A stretch of DNA of 64,000 nt. Origin: a bacterium (GTDB lineage Bacteria > Patescibacteriota > Patescibacteriia > JACPHY01). The stretch covers positions 18,196-82,195 of the forward strand of contig JAUSKG010000022.1 in NCBI GenBank assembly GCA_030647005.1. Direction: 5' to 3'. This document shows, piece by piece, positions 19,729-29,184 of the stretch. Positions within the stretch are counted from its first letter, which is position 1; every line of letters starts with the position of its first letter. The notes under the pieces are model-generated. The model was not told where the DNA came from. It worked only from the letters and a program-made list of their open reading frames with translations, and ran no database searches. The position numbers and the translations under genes are program-made.

Positions 19729-20637
19729 TCAGAACACAATGAAGATAATTGCGCAGCCCGCGATGCCGATGGCGAACCGTGCGTACACCCCGCGCCCGAG
19801 GCCCTGCGCCTCCTTGAACACGATGAGGCCGACCATGGTCGGAATCACCATTTCCGCGACCTGCTTGATCGGCTGGACGACGGTGATTGGTGCCAGCGAT
19901 TGCGACCACGTCCACATGAATAGTGCAATGGCAATCGTGGAAGCGAGGAGCAGCATACCGCGGATACCGCGCGCATCGAGCGGCGCTCCTGCTTCCGCAC
20001 GTCCGAGGAGGAACCGAATGCTCAACGCGCCGACGTATGACCCAAGGTACCACGCGGCGACGAAGCTCGGCACGGACACTCCCTCGAGCGCAAACACGCG
20101 CATGGCGAAGTGCCCGAATCCCCAGATGACGCTGTACCCCGCGATCCACAGCGCGAGCTGCTTCCATGGGAATGTCGCTGCAGGTACCGCTACACCATCT
20201 GCACCGCGATACCGCGCCACGGAGATTGCCGTGCCGCCAGCGATGGCAACCGCGACGCCGGTCGCAAGCAGTGCAGAGTCGGCGAGGTGCGCATACTCGT
20301 GGAGCACGAAGTACCCGAGTGCCATCGCGATGAAGTCGTCCGCCTGCGTGAAGAGGTATGTCCGACTCACGCTGATGTCCACGGCACGCCATTGACAGTA
20401 CGCGCCCAAGCTGTTCACGAATCCGATGGCACCGATTGCAAGGGTCCATGTCCCGACGATCGGCGCACCCACGATCCACGCGAACAGCACGGCGTAGCAC
20501 GCCGCAAACCCGAACATCCACACCATGCGCCGCGTCCGCGATGGAAGCCCTGTCGCACGCTTGATGAGGATTGGATTCACGACCATCGTGAAGAGTCCCA
20601 ACGATATCGGCAATTGCCAAGGAACCACTTCCATCAC
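19729..20637 (-). CDS. EamA/DMT-family 10-TM membrane transporter
   Basis: About ten hydrophobic helices across two halves. The overlapping 436-aa Arg-rich ORF on the same strand is spurious. Confidence 0.6.
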   Translation of the reverse strand: MMEVVPWQLPISLGLFTMVVNPILIKRATGLPSRTRRMVWMFGFAACYAVLFAWIVGAPIVGTWTLAIGAIGFVNSLGAYCQWRAVDISVSRTYLFTQADDFIAMALGYFVLHEYAHLADSALLATGVAVAIAGGTAISVARYRGADGVAVPAATFPWKQLALWIAGYSVIWGFGHFAMRVFALEGVSVPSFVAAWYLGSYVGALSIRFLLGRAEAGAPLDARGIRGMLLLASTIAIALFMWTWSQSLAPITVVQPIKQVAEMVIPTMVGLIVFKEAQGLGRGVYARFAIGIAGCAIIFIVF

Positions 20638-20702
20638 GCTTCCTCCTTTTCATGCGTTGCACCGCAACACACCAACCAACTATGATACTGCTGGATGCGC
20701 TG

Positions 20703-22295
20703 TCAATCGGACGACGGGAGGAGGTACCGATCGAGAAATGCCGTGTCGGTGGGATCGGCGGGCTGTGCGACCGCATCGCACAGCGCACGCGCATCGAATA
20801 CCACTCGCGCACGATCGTCGCAGGCCGCACGGACGATACGCACGCGCCGCGCAAGGAGCGCGAGCGCATCGGGGAATGGTGGTGCGGGGTCGCCGTCCAC
20901 CAACAGTGCCACTATCGGTTTGGTCGTGCAGAGTGCGATGGGAAACGCGGTGGTGCGCATGCTCCCGAATACGAACGCATCCGCGTGGGTATGCGCGGTG
21001 TGAAAGTCCTCCGCGAGCACCTCGGCGCGCCCATCAAACATCCCTCGCACTTCCGCGAGACGATCTGGGTGCGCCTTGTAGACAACACCGTACCCGGCAT
21101 CGCGGAGTGCTTCGATGATGCGGAGTTCGAGGTCCAACTGCTGGAGCCCAAGCGACGCGGCGGCAGTGTACTTACGTTGTGCGTTCTGCGGAAATCCGAT
21201 GACCATGACGCGACGGATGCGCGCCGCTGCAGGGACCGGGCGCATGCGCTGCCGGATTGCGCGATAGATACCGCTCACGCCCGATACAATTGTGAGCGGG
21301 TTTGGCACGATGGGAAGCCGCGCGCGATGGATGCGACGGCAGAGATCGGCACTCCCATCGGTGTAGGTGACGTAGGTATCCGAGAGCGCGAACTCGGACC
21401 ATGTTGGCATCGCGGTGTTGAAGAGCCCTACGAATCCCCCGTGCGCAGCCGTCATCACGCGCCCGCCACGCTCCCGCACGGCGAGCGCGAGTGCGCGTTG
21501 GCGATGCTGCGTCGCCGATCCAAGCGCAACGTGCGCGACGGCATGGGCTGCAACGAATGCGCGCATCTGCAGCAGCATGCGGACTGCATCCACGAGCATT
21601 GCGTCCGTCCGCGTACGGAGTACATCACGGAACGCATCATCGGTAGGAATCGCGTACTGCTGAGCGATACCGGTACACGCATCCACCAACGACGCGGCAG
21701 CGATGCGCAGGGCCGCGCGTACACCAACAGGACAATCGGGCATCGGGGGAAGCGCGTCGTTGTACAGCGTCCGAACCCACTCCGGGGTGTGCGCGAGGTA
21801 CTCCGCGAGAAGCGCATGCGGTGCTCCTGCAACCCATATCCGACGTTCGGAGCGGACGCGCGCCGCCATCTTCACCGCAGTTGCATTCGCGGCAATTCCG
21901 CGCCCCCATCGCACCAGCCGAACCGCAGGCACCATCCACACGGCGCGCGCGGCACCGACGGATGCCGTAAATGATGCGGCGTGCCCGAGTGCCTCCGCAA
22001 ACCACGCGGCGGCTGGCTGGCACACGGGCTCATGCCCCGCCGCACGCACGCGCACCACCACCGCGCGCGCGTGGAGCATGTGCACGAGCGTGACCGGAAG
22101 CTCGCGCGCGATGAGCAGCGCGGCACCGACATCCCCCGGCGTGGCGGCAATGGCGGATCGCACGGATCCTTCCACTGCATCGGCTAACGCAATAAATTCG
22201 TGGTCCGGGACGGGCCACGAGCATGTCTCGCGCCAGCGATCAACGCCGAATGCTTTCACGGAGCCGATGTCGAGGGGGAACTCGCGGGTTGCCAT
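20703..22295 (-). CDS. KpsC/KpsS-like (Capsule_synth-like) putative glycosyltransferase 2
   Basis: C-terminal VVYKAHPDRLAEV...ADAFVFGSMRTTAFPIALCTTKPIVAL resembles the K-x-HP retaining keto-sugar-acid transferase core. Assignment is weak. Confidence 0.4.
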   Translation of the reverse strand: MATREFPLDIGSVKAFGVDRWRETCSWPVPDHEFIALADAVEGSVRSAIAATPGDVGAALLIARELPVTLVHMLHARAVVVRVRAAGHEPVCQPAAAWFAEALGHAASFTASVGAARAVWMVPAVRLVRWGRGIAANATAVKMAARVRSERRIWVAGAPHALLAEYLAHTPEWVRTLYNDALPPMPDCPVGVRAALRIAAASLVDACTGIAQQYAIPTDDAFRDVLRTRTDAMLVDAVRMLLQMRAFVAAHAVAHVALGSATQHRQRALALAVRERGGRVMTAAHGGFVGLFNTAMPTWSEFALSDTYVTYTDGSADLCRRIHRARLPIVPNPLTIVSGVSGIYRAIRQRMRPVPAAARIRRVMVIGFPQNAQRKYTAAASLGLQQLDLELRIIEALRDAGYGVVYKAHPDRLAEVRGMFDGRAEVLAEDFHTAHTHADAFVFGSMRTTAFPIALCTTKPIVALLVDGDPAPPFPDALALLARRVRIVRAACDDRARVVFDARALCDAVAQPADPTDTAFLDRYLLPSSD

Positions 22296-23329
22296 ACCGA
22301 TGGAGCTACTGACGATATGCGCGACGCATCCGTGCGAAGCCCGTGCGCGTCATACACCGCCTCAAATGCACGGGCGGCATCGAGCACCGATTGCGGGGTT
22401 GCGCAACGAACACCAGGACGCATGACCGGCGGCTTCTCGCCAACGATCGGACGGACGGCGCGGACGACCAGCGTACGGTCGTGCGCCGCAATCGCGATAC
22501 CGTCATCATGCACACGAATAATCAGCCCACTCATGAACGGATGGAATGCCCCATCACGATCATGCGTGGTTGCCCCATGCAACGTCACACGCGCACCACG
22601 GAGGAACGTCATCGCACCGGAGTACGGATCGTCAAACGCCGCGATGAACTGCGCAATCTCCTCGCCACTCCACCGCCAATCAACGAAACCGTGCTCTGCG
22701 GTCGCGAGCCGCGGGAAGTACGTTGCACGTGCCTCGTCTTGCGAGATGTGCGGAAAATCATCGTCCACACGAAGCCGGTCGAGAAATCGCGCAAAAAAAT
22801 CCGGCTCGTGTGCAACGTGATATGCCCGATACTCCGCAGGGGTCCGACAGGTCTCTGGGAACATGTACGACTCCATGGCGATGATGGGACCGCTATCGAC
22901 ACCTGCATCCACCTCGTGGAAGAGGAACGCGCCACGGCGATCGTCGCGCATCACCTGCCACGAAAACGTCGCCGCGCCACGATTCTCCGGCAAGCACGTC
23001 CCGTGCGCGTTGAGGAGCCGACCCGCAAACAACACGAGGTGCTCATTGCGGAAAATCCACGGCGCACCAAACGATATACCAATCGTGCGCTCGTCGACGA
23101 GCGTCTCGAGGGGGAAGGCGCGGAGATCGGTAATGGAATGGAATGGGATGCCCATATCCCGCAGGTGCTGCTCGACCGTCACCGTCGTGCCGTCGAGTAC
23201 CGCCGTGAGGAGTCGCGGCGCGGAACACACGATCACGCCGTACCCGCGCGCGATCGCGTGCTGCGCGAATGCGGCGAGACGCGTCCCACCGCCGAAGAGC
23301 ACAAATCGGTTGATGGGGCCAAATCGCAT
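22256..23329 (-). CDS. formyltransferase 2 (Fmt-like, with C-terminal domain)
   Basis: LLNAHGTCLPENRGAA = N-x-H-x-x-LP-x-x-RG motif. The real start is MRFGPINRFVLFGGG. The 220-aa Arg-rich N-terminal part of ORF 22256..23995 is spurious and overlaps the PIG-L gene in another frame. Confidence 0.7.
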   Translation of the reverse strand: MRFGPINRFVLFGGGTRLAAFAQHAIARGYGVIVCSAPRLLTAVLDGTTVTVEQHLRDMGIPFHSITDLRAFPLETLVDERTIGISFGAPWIFRNEHLVLFAGRLLNAHGTCLPENRGAATFSWQVMRDDRRGAFLFHEVDAGVDSGPIIAMESYMFPETCRTPAEYRAYHVAHEPDFFARFLDRLRVDDDFPHISQDEARATYFPRLATAEHGFVDWRWSGEEIAQFIAAFDDPYSGAMTFLRGARVTLHGATTHDRDGAFHPFMSGLIIRVHDDGIAIAAHDRTLVVRAVRPIVGEKPPVMRPGVRCATPQSVLDAARAFEAVYDAHGLRTDASRISSVAPSVWQPASSPSTSAP

Positions 23330-23330
23330 A

Positions 23331-24029
23331 CTATGACGCAATGATGCGCACCACCTCAAACGCCTCGGCCGCACGCAAGCCAGCCGTCGCGCCGCGCCAG
23401 CATGCGAGCGCATCAATCGCCTCATGCGACCGCGGATGCGGAAAGGGGCGCATCTCCCGCTCGTAGTGCCGGAGCGCTTCATGTTTCGTTGCGAGTGTGT
23501 CGGTGATGTCCACAAAGAGCGTCGGCGCAAAGGCAGCGGGGCTGTTCCACTCGGTTGCGGACGGCGTCTCAAATGAGAGAATCGTCCGCACGCACATGCC
23601 AGGGAGCGGCCGACACGCGGTGAGCACTGCTGCGAACGTTGCGCGATGGTCCACATTGAGGTCGCCGCGGTGATGCGTGAGAATCGTGTCGGGACGATGC
23701 TCCGCAACCGCCGCCTCCACGGCCTTCGCAATGTCGAGGAGCGGAACGGTATCAAAACGGTTATCCGGAAAATCGAGGACACGTACGGAAGCAACCGCCA
23801 ATGCTGCTGCCGCACCCTGTGCCGCCGCTTGAAGCCCATCAACCACTGCGTGTTGCGCAAGCCCCACAGCGCGCGTCGCATGCCGCGCGGTCTCACCTTC
23901 TCCGAGAACGAGCACATGCGCGGTCGCGCCCGCACGCACCCACTTTGCAACCGTCCCCGCACAACCGAGTACTTCGTCATCGGGATGCGCGGCAACGATG
24001 AGTACGCTCCGCGGTATTGAAAATGCCAT
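23331..24029 (-). CDS. PIG-L/LmbE-family N-deacetylase
   Basis: LIVAAHPDDEVLGCAG motif. Confidence 0.7.
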   Translation of the reverse strand: MAFSIPRSVLIVAAHPDDEVLGCAGTVAKWVRAGATAHVLVLGEGETARHATRAVGLAQHAVVDGLQAAAQGAAAALAVASVRVLDFPDNRFDTVPLLDIAKAVEAAVAEHRPDTILTHHRGDLNVDHRATFAAVLTACRPLPGMCVRTILSFETPSATEWNSPAAFAPTLFVDITDTLATKHEALRHYEREMRPFPHPRSHEAIDALACWRGATAGLRAAEAFEVVRIIAS

Positions 24030-24035
24030 ATATGG

Positions 24036-24758
24036 TTACCGACGCCCTCCGCTCACGAGCACGGTCTCACCGGAAATGTACCGCGCTGCGTCGGATGCGA
24101 GGAACGCGACGACGCTCGCGACATCATCCGGCGTACCAACGCGCCCGAGCGGGGTTTGTGCGATGATCCGATCCGTACGATCGGCAGTGGAATGACGCGC
24201 TTGAAAATCCGTCGCAATCACGCTTGGCGCGACGCCAACAACACGCACGCCACGTGGCCCGAGCTCCTTCGCGAGGCCGATCGTAAATGCGTCTACCCCG
24301 GCCTTCGCCACTGCATAGTGGAGCGAATCACCGGACCCGCCGGTGCGTGCAGCAATGGACGATACATTCACAATGACCGCGTGTGTTGATGCAGTGAGCA
24401 ACGAGAGGAGTGCGTGCGTTGTGCGTACCGTCGAAAGGAGATTGGTATCGAGCGCCGCGCGCCAGAGCGTATCATCCGATGCGGTAAACGATGACCGCCG
24501 CACCGCATCGCCAACATTGTTCACCAGGATGTCCAATGATGCACACTCGCCACCGAGATGATCGGCGAGTGCGGCGATGGCGGCGGGATCAACCGCGTCG
24601 CACACGATCACCGCACTCGTAGACACCGCAGGCATCGTGCGCGCGGTGACCCACACGCGCGCACCCGCGCTCGTGAGCGCATCGGCGATCGCGCGACCGA
24701 TGCCTTTGGTGCCACCGGTCACGAGTGCCGTACGGCCGTGAAGCGTGCTCGTGGTCAT
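24036..24758 (-). CDS. SDR-family short-chain dehydrogenase/reductase
   Basis: ALVTGGTKGIGRAIA; NVSS...YAVAKAG (YxxxK). Confidence 0.75.
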   Translation of the reverse strand: MTTSTLHGRTALVTGGTKGIGRAIADALTSAGARVWVTARTMPAVSTSAVIVCDAVDPAAIAALADHLGGECASLDILVNNVGDAVRRSSFTASDDTLWRAALDTNLLSTVRTTHALLSLLTASTHAVIVNVSSIAARTGGSGDSLHYAVAKAGVDAFTIGLAKELGPRGVRVVGVAPSVIATDFQARHSTADRTDRIIAQTPLGRVGTPDDVASVVAFLASDAARYISGETVLVSGGRR

Positions 24759-25888
24759 ACGGATGCAGTGCGTATGGACGCCGGCTCGCGCCGCGCTTCC
24801 GACTGCGACGCGACGATTGCGGCGGTGTGCGCAGCGAACCGGAGCGCATGAAGAAAGAGCAGCGTGCTCGCGTGACGGAACGCAGTTGCCTCGCCATCCA
24901 CGAACTCCACCGCCCGCTCGTAGTTTGCGGACACGCCACGGAGGAGGCACTGCAGGTACGAGAGTCGAAACCGAAGGCGCATGCGTCCATCGGCAAACCG
25001 CGGATCGAGCGCGACGAGCGCATCGTCCGTCGGAGCAACGAATGGCGCAAATTGTTCGACGTAGTGGCGGTATGCAACTTCGGGCCAGAGGAACGTGATG
25101 CGGAAATCGGGCGCACCGGACGTGTAGAGCGACGAGCGGATGAGGTACTGCTGGTAATCCGCGGTGTCATGGGGGAACGTGTATGCGAACCGTGCGACGC
25201 CGTAGAGCGGATCCGCCGTCGCCATACGCACGTCCGGATCAATCACCCGAAACGCGGCGGCACGCGCGAGGTCTTCGAGCACAAGATTGTCGCCGTGGAA
25301 ATTCCAGTGGCCAAGGGATGCGATATCCGACGGCCCGGTGTCGAGTGCGCCCACCGCATTGGAGGTGAGGATGCGATCCACGAGCACGGCGAGCGGCGCG
25401 TACCGGACGCCGTCCAAGGTCACTCCGTCCGCAGCGAGGAGGTACGGAAACGGCTCCAATGCGCGGACGGCATCAAGCTCGCCGCGGAGCGCCGTGCGAA
25501 AATAGCGACCCGTTCCGCCGTCGTACGCGGGATCCGGACAATGCTCTGCGGCGATGTCGAGGAGCGCCGCGAGCACGGTGCGAAATGCAGCGGCAAGCTC
25601 GTCGGATGCCGTGAGCACGCTCTGCGTGTGCTCCGAAAACGTACGTCCGGCGAGCCGGGGCATGACGTAGGATTCTTTTCCGCGGAAGACCCCCGCAGTG
25701 CACACCCCCGCCGCGAGGATGGGCGGGAGCCGGTAACGGAGCGACGTATACGCACCGAGAGCGCGGATGCGTGCCACCTCCGCGCGGAGCTGCGCACCAT
25801 CGCCGAGCGCAATCTTCACGACGCGCTCACCGCCTGGCACACCAACCACCGCAATGCAGTACTTGTCAGACGATTTGAGAATGCGCAT
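24755..25888 (-). CDS. phosphotransferase (APH/choline-kinase-like) family protein
   Basis: HWNFHGDNLVL and VIDPD match the H-x-D catalytic loop and DxD motif. Confidence 0.5.
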   Translation of the reverse strand: MRILKSSDKYCIAVVGVPGGERVVKIALGDGAQLRAEVARIRALGAYTSLRYRLPPILAAGVCTAGVFRGKESYVMPRLAGRTFSEHTQSVLTASDELAAAFRTVLAALLDIAAEHCPDPAYDGGTGRYFRTALRGELDAVRALEPFPYLLAADGVTLDGVRYAPLAVLVDRILTSNAVGALDTGPSDIASLGHWNFHGDNLVLEDLARAAAFRVIDPDVRMATADPLYGVARFAYTFPHDTADYQQYLIRSSLYTSGAPDFRITFLWPEVAYRHYVEQFAPFVAPTDDALVALDPRFADGRMRLRFRLSYLQCLLRGVSANYERAVEFVDGEATAFRHASTLLFLHALRFAAHTAAIVASQSEARREPASIRTASV

Positions 25889-27080
25889 GCATGGGGGCAA
25901 CAGACGGCATCGTACGCGCGGCGCGCGACAGCGTCGTGAAACACTCGGGACGAGTAGCGGTGGTGAGGTACCGAACGGCGTCGAGCACACTCCGGCAGTA
26001 CCCGCGAACATTGTGCACATACGCTTGCACGAGCAGCTCGCTCACCGGGTTTCCACCGATCCCGAACGCATCATCGCTCCACTGGAGGAACCGCTCACTC
26101 GCAAGGACCACTGCGGATGCACGACATCGCTCAAACCCGCGGCTCCCGAGCGGCACATCCGCCATGCGCAGCGTGTGCGGGAGACGCACCGCAGTGTCCG
26201 CAAACGCCGCTGCGACATCGCGGTGCGTGATACGAACGCCGCTCGCGGTCCGGTAGCGGAGGAAAAATCGCGAGAGCTGGTACCCTGGCGGCATGATGAG
26301 CGTCCGAAGGGCGACGGTGTTCACGCCGGGCACTTCGGGAAAGAGTGTCGCCATCGCCATCTCGAGCTGCGAAAAACTCGGCCGGAGATTGTTCCGAGCA
26401 TCTTGGCTCCGCGCCTCAAATGATTTGGTCCCGAGGCGTCCGGTCGGTGTATCCGGGTGCACGATATCTACCTCGAGCCGACGGATATCCCACTGGGAGA
26501 CATCCATGCGCTCCGCGAGTTCGAGTAGTCCGCGGAGTTGCGCCGCCCACCCGTTGCTCTGACAAGACCCCAGTGCGAAGACGCGATCCGCACCAATCGA
26601 CCGCAACGGGTTCGGGAGGAACCGCGACGGCGCGCCGATGAGGTTGATGTACAGCGACGGGAGCTGTGCTGCCTCGGCAACGCCCACAACGAATCGCGCC
26701 ACGTCCGTGAACCGGCGGATGACGGCGTCGTCCCCGATCTCCTTCTTTGAAGTCGCCAGGATCGCAACGGCGTACCGCTCGCCCAGTGCAGTGAGGTCCG
26801 CCGTCTGGCTATCGCCCCACACAACACGAATGAGATGACCGCGGACGACGAGCGCCTGCTGCACGCGATCGACGCGGACGACATCAAGAAGCTCCGGCTC
26901 CGCGAGCACAATGCGCGCGTAGAGGGCATCGAGCGCATCGAGGTGCGGGTGCTTTGTATCGCCCTCAATGGGATGCGTCAGGATCGTCGTGATGCGGAAG
27001 CCGTCTGCCGCGGGATCGTTCATCGCAACGAGCGACGCGCCGATTTCGGCACCGCAGCCAATGAGGAGGACACGGTTCAT
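25866..27080 (-). CDS. GAPDH/semialdehyde-dehydrogenase-like NAD(P)-binding dehydrogenase
   Basis: N-terminal VLLIGCGAEIG Rossmann; GSCQSNGWAAQL resembles the catalytic Cys loop (SCTTNCLAP) of GAPDH/ASADH. Confidence 0.45.
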   Translation of the reverse strand: MNRVLLIGCGAEIGASLVAMNDPAADGFRITTILTHPIEGDTKHPHLDALDALYARIVLAEPELLDVVRVDRVQQALVVRGHLIRVVWGDSQTADLTALGERYAVAILATSKKEIGDDAVIRRFTDVARFVVGVAEAAQLPSLYINLIGAPSRFLPNPLRSIGADRVFALGSCQSNGWAAQLRGLLELAERMDVSQWDIRRLEVDIVHPDTPTGRLGTKSFEARSQDARNNLRPSFSQLEMAMATLFPEVPGVNTVALRTLIMPPGYQLSRFFLRYRTASGVRITHRDVAAAFADTAVRLPHTLRMADVPLGSRGFERCRASAVVLASERFLQWSDDAFGIGGNPVSELLVQAYVHNVRGYCRSVLDAVRYLTTATRPECFTTLSRAARTMPSVAPMHAHSQIV

Positions 27081-28159
27081 AGCACGGGAACCCGCGCGGG
27101 CACTGATGCCGCGATGACGGGCGCAAAGTGCGCAACGGGGTACATTACAAGACCATCATGCACCGCCTCCGGACGTGCCGGATACCCAAGCAGCACACGA
27201 ACAACCGCGGCTGGCACATTGGCGCCGGCGACCACCGCGGCGCCAACTGCGCCACTCATGCGCACGCTGGCATCGAGGAGGCGCGGGGCACCATCCGCAT
27301 CGCGCGCAATGTCAAAATCGCACGCACCGTGGATGCCGAACGCGCGCACGATCGCGCCGACGTATTCCATGATATCGGGTTCGCACGCGACGCGACACCC
27401 AGCGTTCACCGGGAGCAATGGATCGTACAACCGCAGCCGCGGAATCACCTGCTCCGGGATACCGCCACGCGCCACCACGTCCACATCGTAGACCGCGCCG
27501 CCGTAGTAGGGCATCGCGAGATATCCTGCGAGCGCGATGCCCTGCGCCACGGCCGCGTCGAGCGATCCGGTCCCGCACGCGCGCTCCGGGAGGTCGGGAA
27601 GGAGCGAACGGAACGTGCGCACACGAGCATCGAGGATAATAACCCCGCGCGATCCCGTGCTCCGTCCGGGTTTGAGCACGACACGCCGATCCGGATACCC
27701 GAGACGCGCCGCCGCTTCGCGCGCCACACACCAATCGTCCACCACGGCAAATGCACCCACTGCGATGCCGCGCGCCGCGAGAAACGCGAGCGTCGCACGC
27801 TTATCCGTGAGACAGGACACGATGTCGTGCGCCGGAACCGCGGGGATTATTCCCGCCGCGAGGAGCGCATCACGGTGTGCAGCAAGCACACGACACTCGG
27901 CCTCCGATCCCGGCAGAATGACATCGAGGCGCTCGCGTGCGTGGAGTGCGAAAAGCGCCGCAATGTAGCGCTCGGGATCCTCCTCGGCCATCGGGAGCAC
28001 CGCGAACACATCAACAAATCGCCTGCCAGCCGCATCGGCATTTGCATCAATACCCACGATGAACGCATCGAGATCATCCGCGGTGCGCAGCGCGGTGCAG
28101 AGATCGTACGTGTAGCGACCGCCGATGCAGGTGACGGCGATGTGGGTGCGCCGCATCAT
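27077..28159 (-). CDS. ATP-grasp domain ligase
   Basis: VVLKPGRSTGSRGV and downstream acidic residues match a PylC/CarB-like ATP-grasp architecture. Confidence 0.6.
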   Translation of the reverse strand: MMRRTHIAVTCIGGRYTYDLCTALRTADDLDAFIVGIDANADAAGRRFVDVFAVLPMAEEDPERYIAALFALHARERLDVILPGSEAECRVLAAHRDALLAAGIIPAVPAHDIVSCLTDKRATLAFLAARGIAVGAFAVVDDWCVAREAAARLGYPDRRVVLKPGRSTGSRGVIILDARVRTFRSLLPDLPERACGTGSLDAAVAQGIALAGYLAMPYYGGAVYDVDVVARGGIPEQVIPRLRLYDPLLPVNAGCRVACEPDIMEYVGAIVRAFGIHGACDFDIARDADGAPRLLDASVRMSGAVGAAVVAGANVPAAVVRVLLGYPARPEAVHDGLVMYPVAHFAPVIAASVPARVPVL

Positions 28160-29184
28160 ACGACAGCAATCGCATCTGCGGTAACCGGCGCATCTTTCGC
28201 GACTGCGCGGACGAGACGGCGGCCGAGGAGCGTGTCATACTCCCGCGCGTCAATGCCCGGCGTTGCGGCGCGCTTCGCGGTCACGACATCCGGCGTCAGC
28301 GTGGTCCCCGCAGGGAGATCGCGCGCCGCAACAATGGTTCGCCGATACTGCGCACGGAGCGGCACCTCGGCCGTCACCGGCACCTTCACGCCAGACCCGA
28401 GGGCTGCCTCGGTGGCCCGCACGGCGCGGATGAGGTCTGCGAATTCCTCCATTGTCGCGGAGAAATGGTGATCAGGGCCCGAGAGCGCCCGGTCAAGCGT
28501 CACATGCTTCTCGATAATCTGTGCGCCAAGCGCAACTGCCGCAATCGCACAGGTTGCACCAATGCTGTGATCGGAGTATCCCACCGGATATGGAAACACG
28601 TCACGAAGCGTCGTGATCACACGGAGGTTGGCATCCTCAGGGGGTAATGGGTAGCGCGCGGTGCAGTGGAGGATTGCAAGCTGGCGACACCCCGCCTCCT
28701 CCACCGTCCGTACGGTCCATGCAACCTCTTCCTGGGTGCTCATCGCGGTCGAAATGATGAGCGGCAATCCAGACGTCGCGGCCGCACGGAGGAGCGGAAG
28801 GTTGGTGAGATTCCCGGAGGAAATCTTTATCGCAGGAAAGCCGAGCGCGCGAATCGTGGCGATGTCTTCTGGCATCGCAAAGGACGCAAACACCGAAATG
28901 TGGACGTCTGCGGCTGCACGGGCAATGCGCTCCCACGCCCCGGGCGGCAACGCAATGTGCCGAAACAACTCGTACGATGGCGTCCCCGGCGCATAGTCGC
29001 GCGCCGCGTCCACGAGCTGAAACTTCACCGCGTCCGCACCCGCCGCGGCCGACCGTCGCACCATCTCCATTGCGAGGTCGAGATTCCCGTTGTGGTTGAT
29101 GCCAATCTCGGCGATGACGTACACCGGGCACGCATCGCCAATACGAGACGTCGCAATCGTGAGCGAACGATAATCCATGGTCAT
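28156..29184 (-). CDS. NeuB/PseI/LegI-family nonulosonic acid synthase 2
   Basis: VYVIAEIGINHNGN...AGADAVKFQL; C-terminal SAF domain. ATGA overlap with the upstream gene. Confidence 0.85.
   Translation of the reverse strand: MTMDYRSLTIATSRIGDACPVYVIAEIGINHNGNLDLAMEMVRRSAAAGADAVKFQLVDAARDYAPGTPSYELFRHIALPPGAWERIARAAADVHISVFASFAMPEDIATIRALGFPAIKISSGNLTNLPLLRAAATSGLPLIISTAMSTQEEVAWTVRTVEEAGCRQLAILHCTARYPLPPEDANLRVITTLRDVFPYPVGYSDHSIGATCAIAAVALGAQIIEKHVTLDRALSGPDHHFSATMEEFADLIRAVRATEAALGSGVKVPVTAEVPLRAQYRRTIVAARDLPAGTTLTPDVVTAKRAATPGIDAREYDTLLGRRLVRAVAKDAPVTADAIAVV

Noticed and set aside
19559-20869. 436-aa minus-strand ORF overlapping the EamA transporter gene
   Set aside because: Arg/Cys-rich low-complexity translation typical of an out-of-frame read in high-GC DNA. 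The overlapping 302-aa frame gives a coherent 10-TM membrane protein.
22256-23995. 579-aa ORF suggesting a very large formyltransferase
   Set aside because: The first ~222 residues are Arg-rich nonsense and overlap the PIG-L deacetylase gene (23331–24029) in another frame. The start was trimmed to MRFGP at 23329, which is ATGA-coupled to the PIG-L stop.
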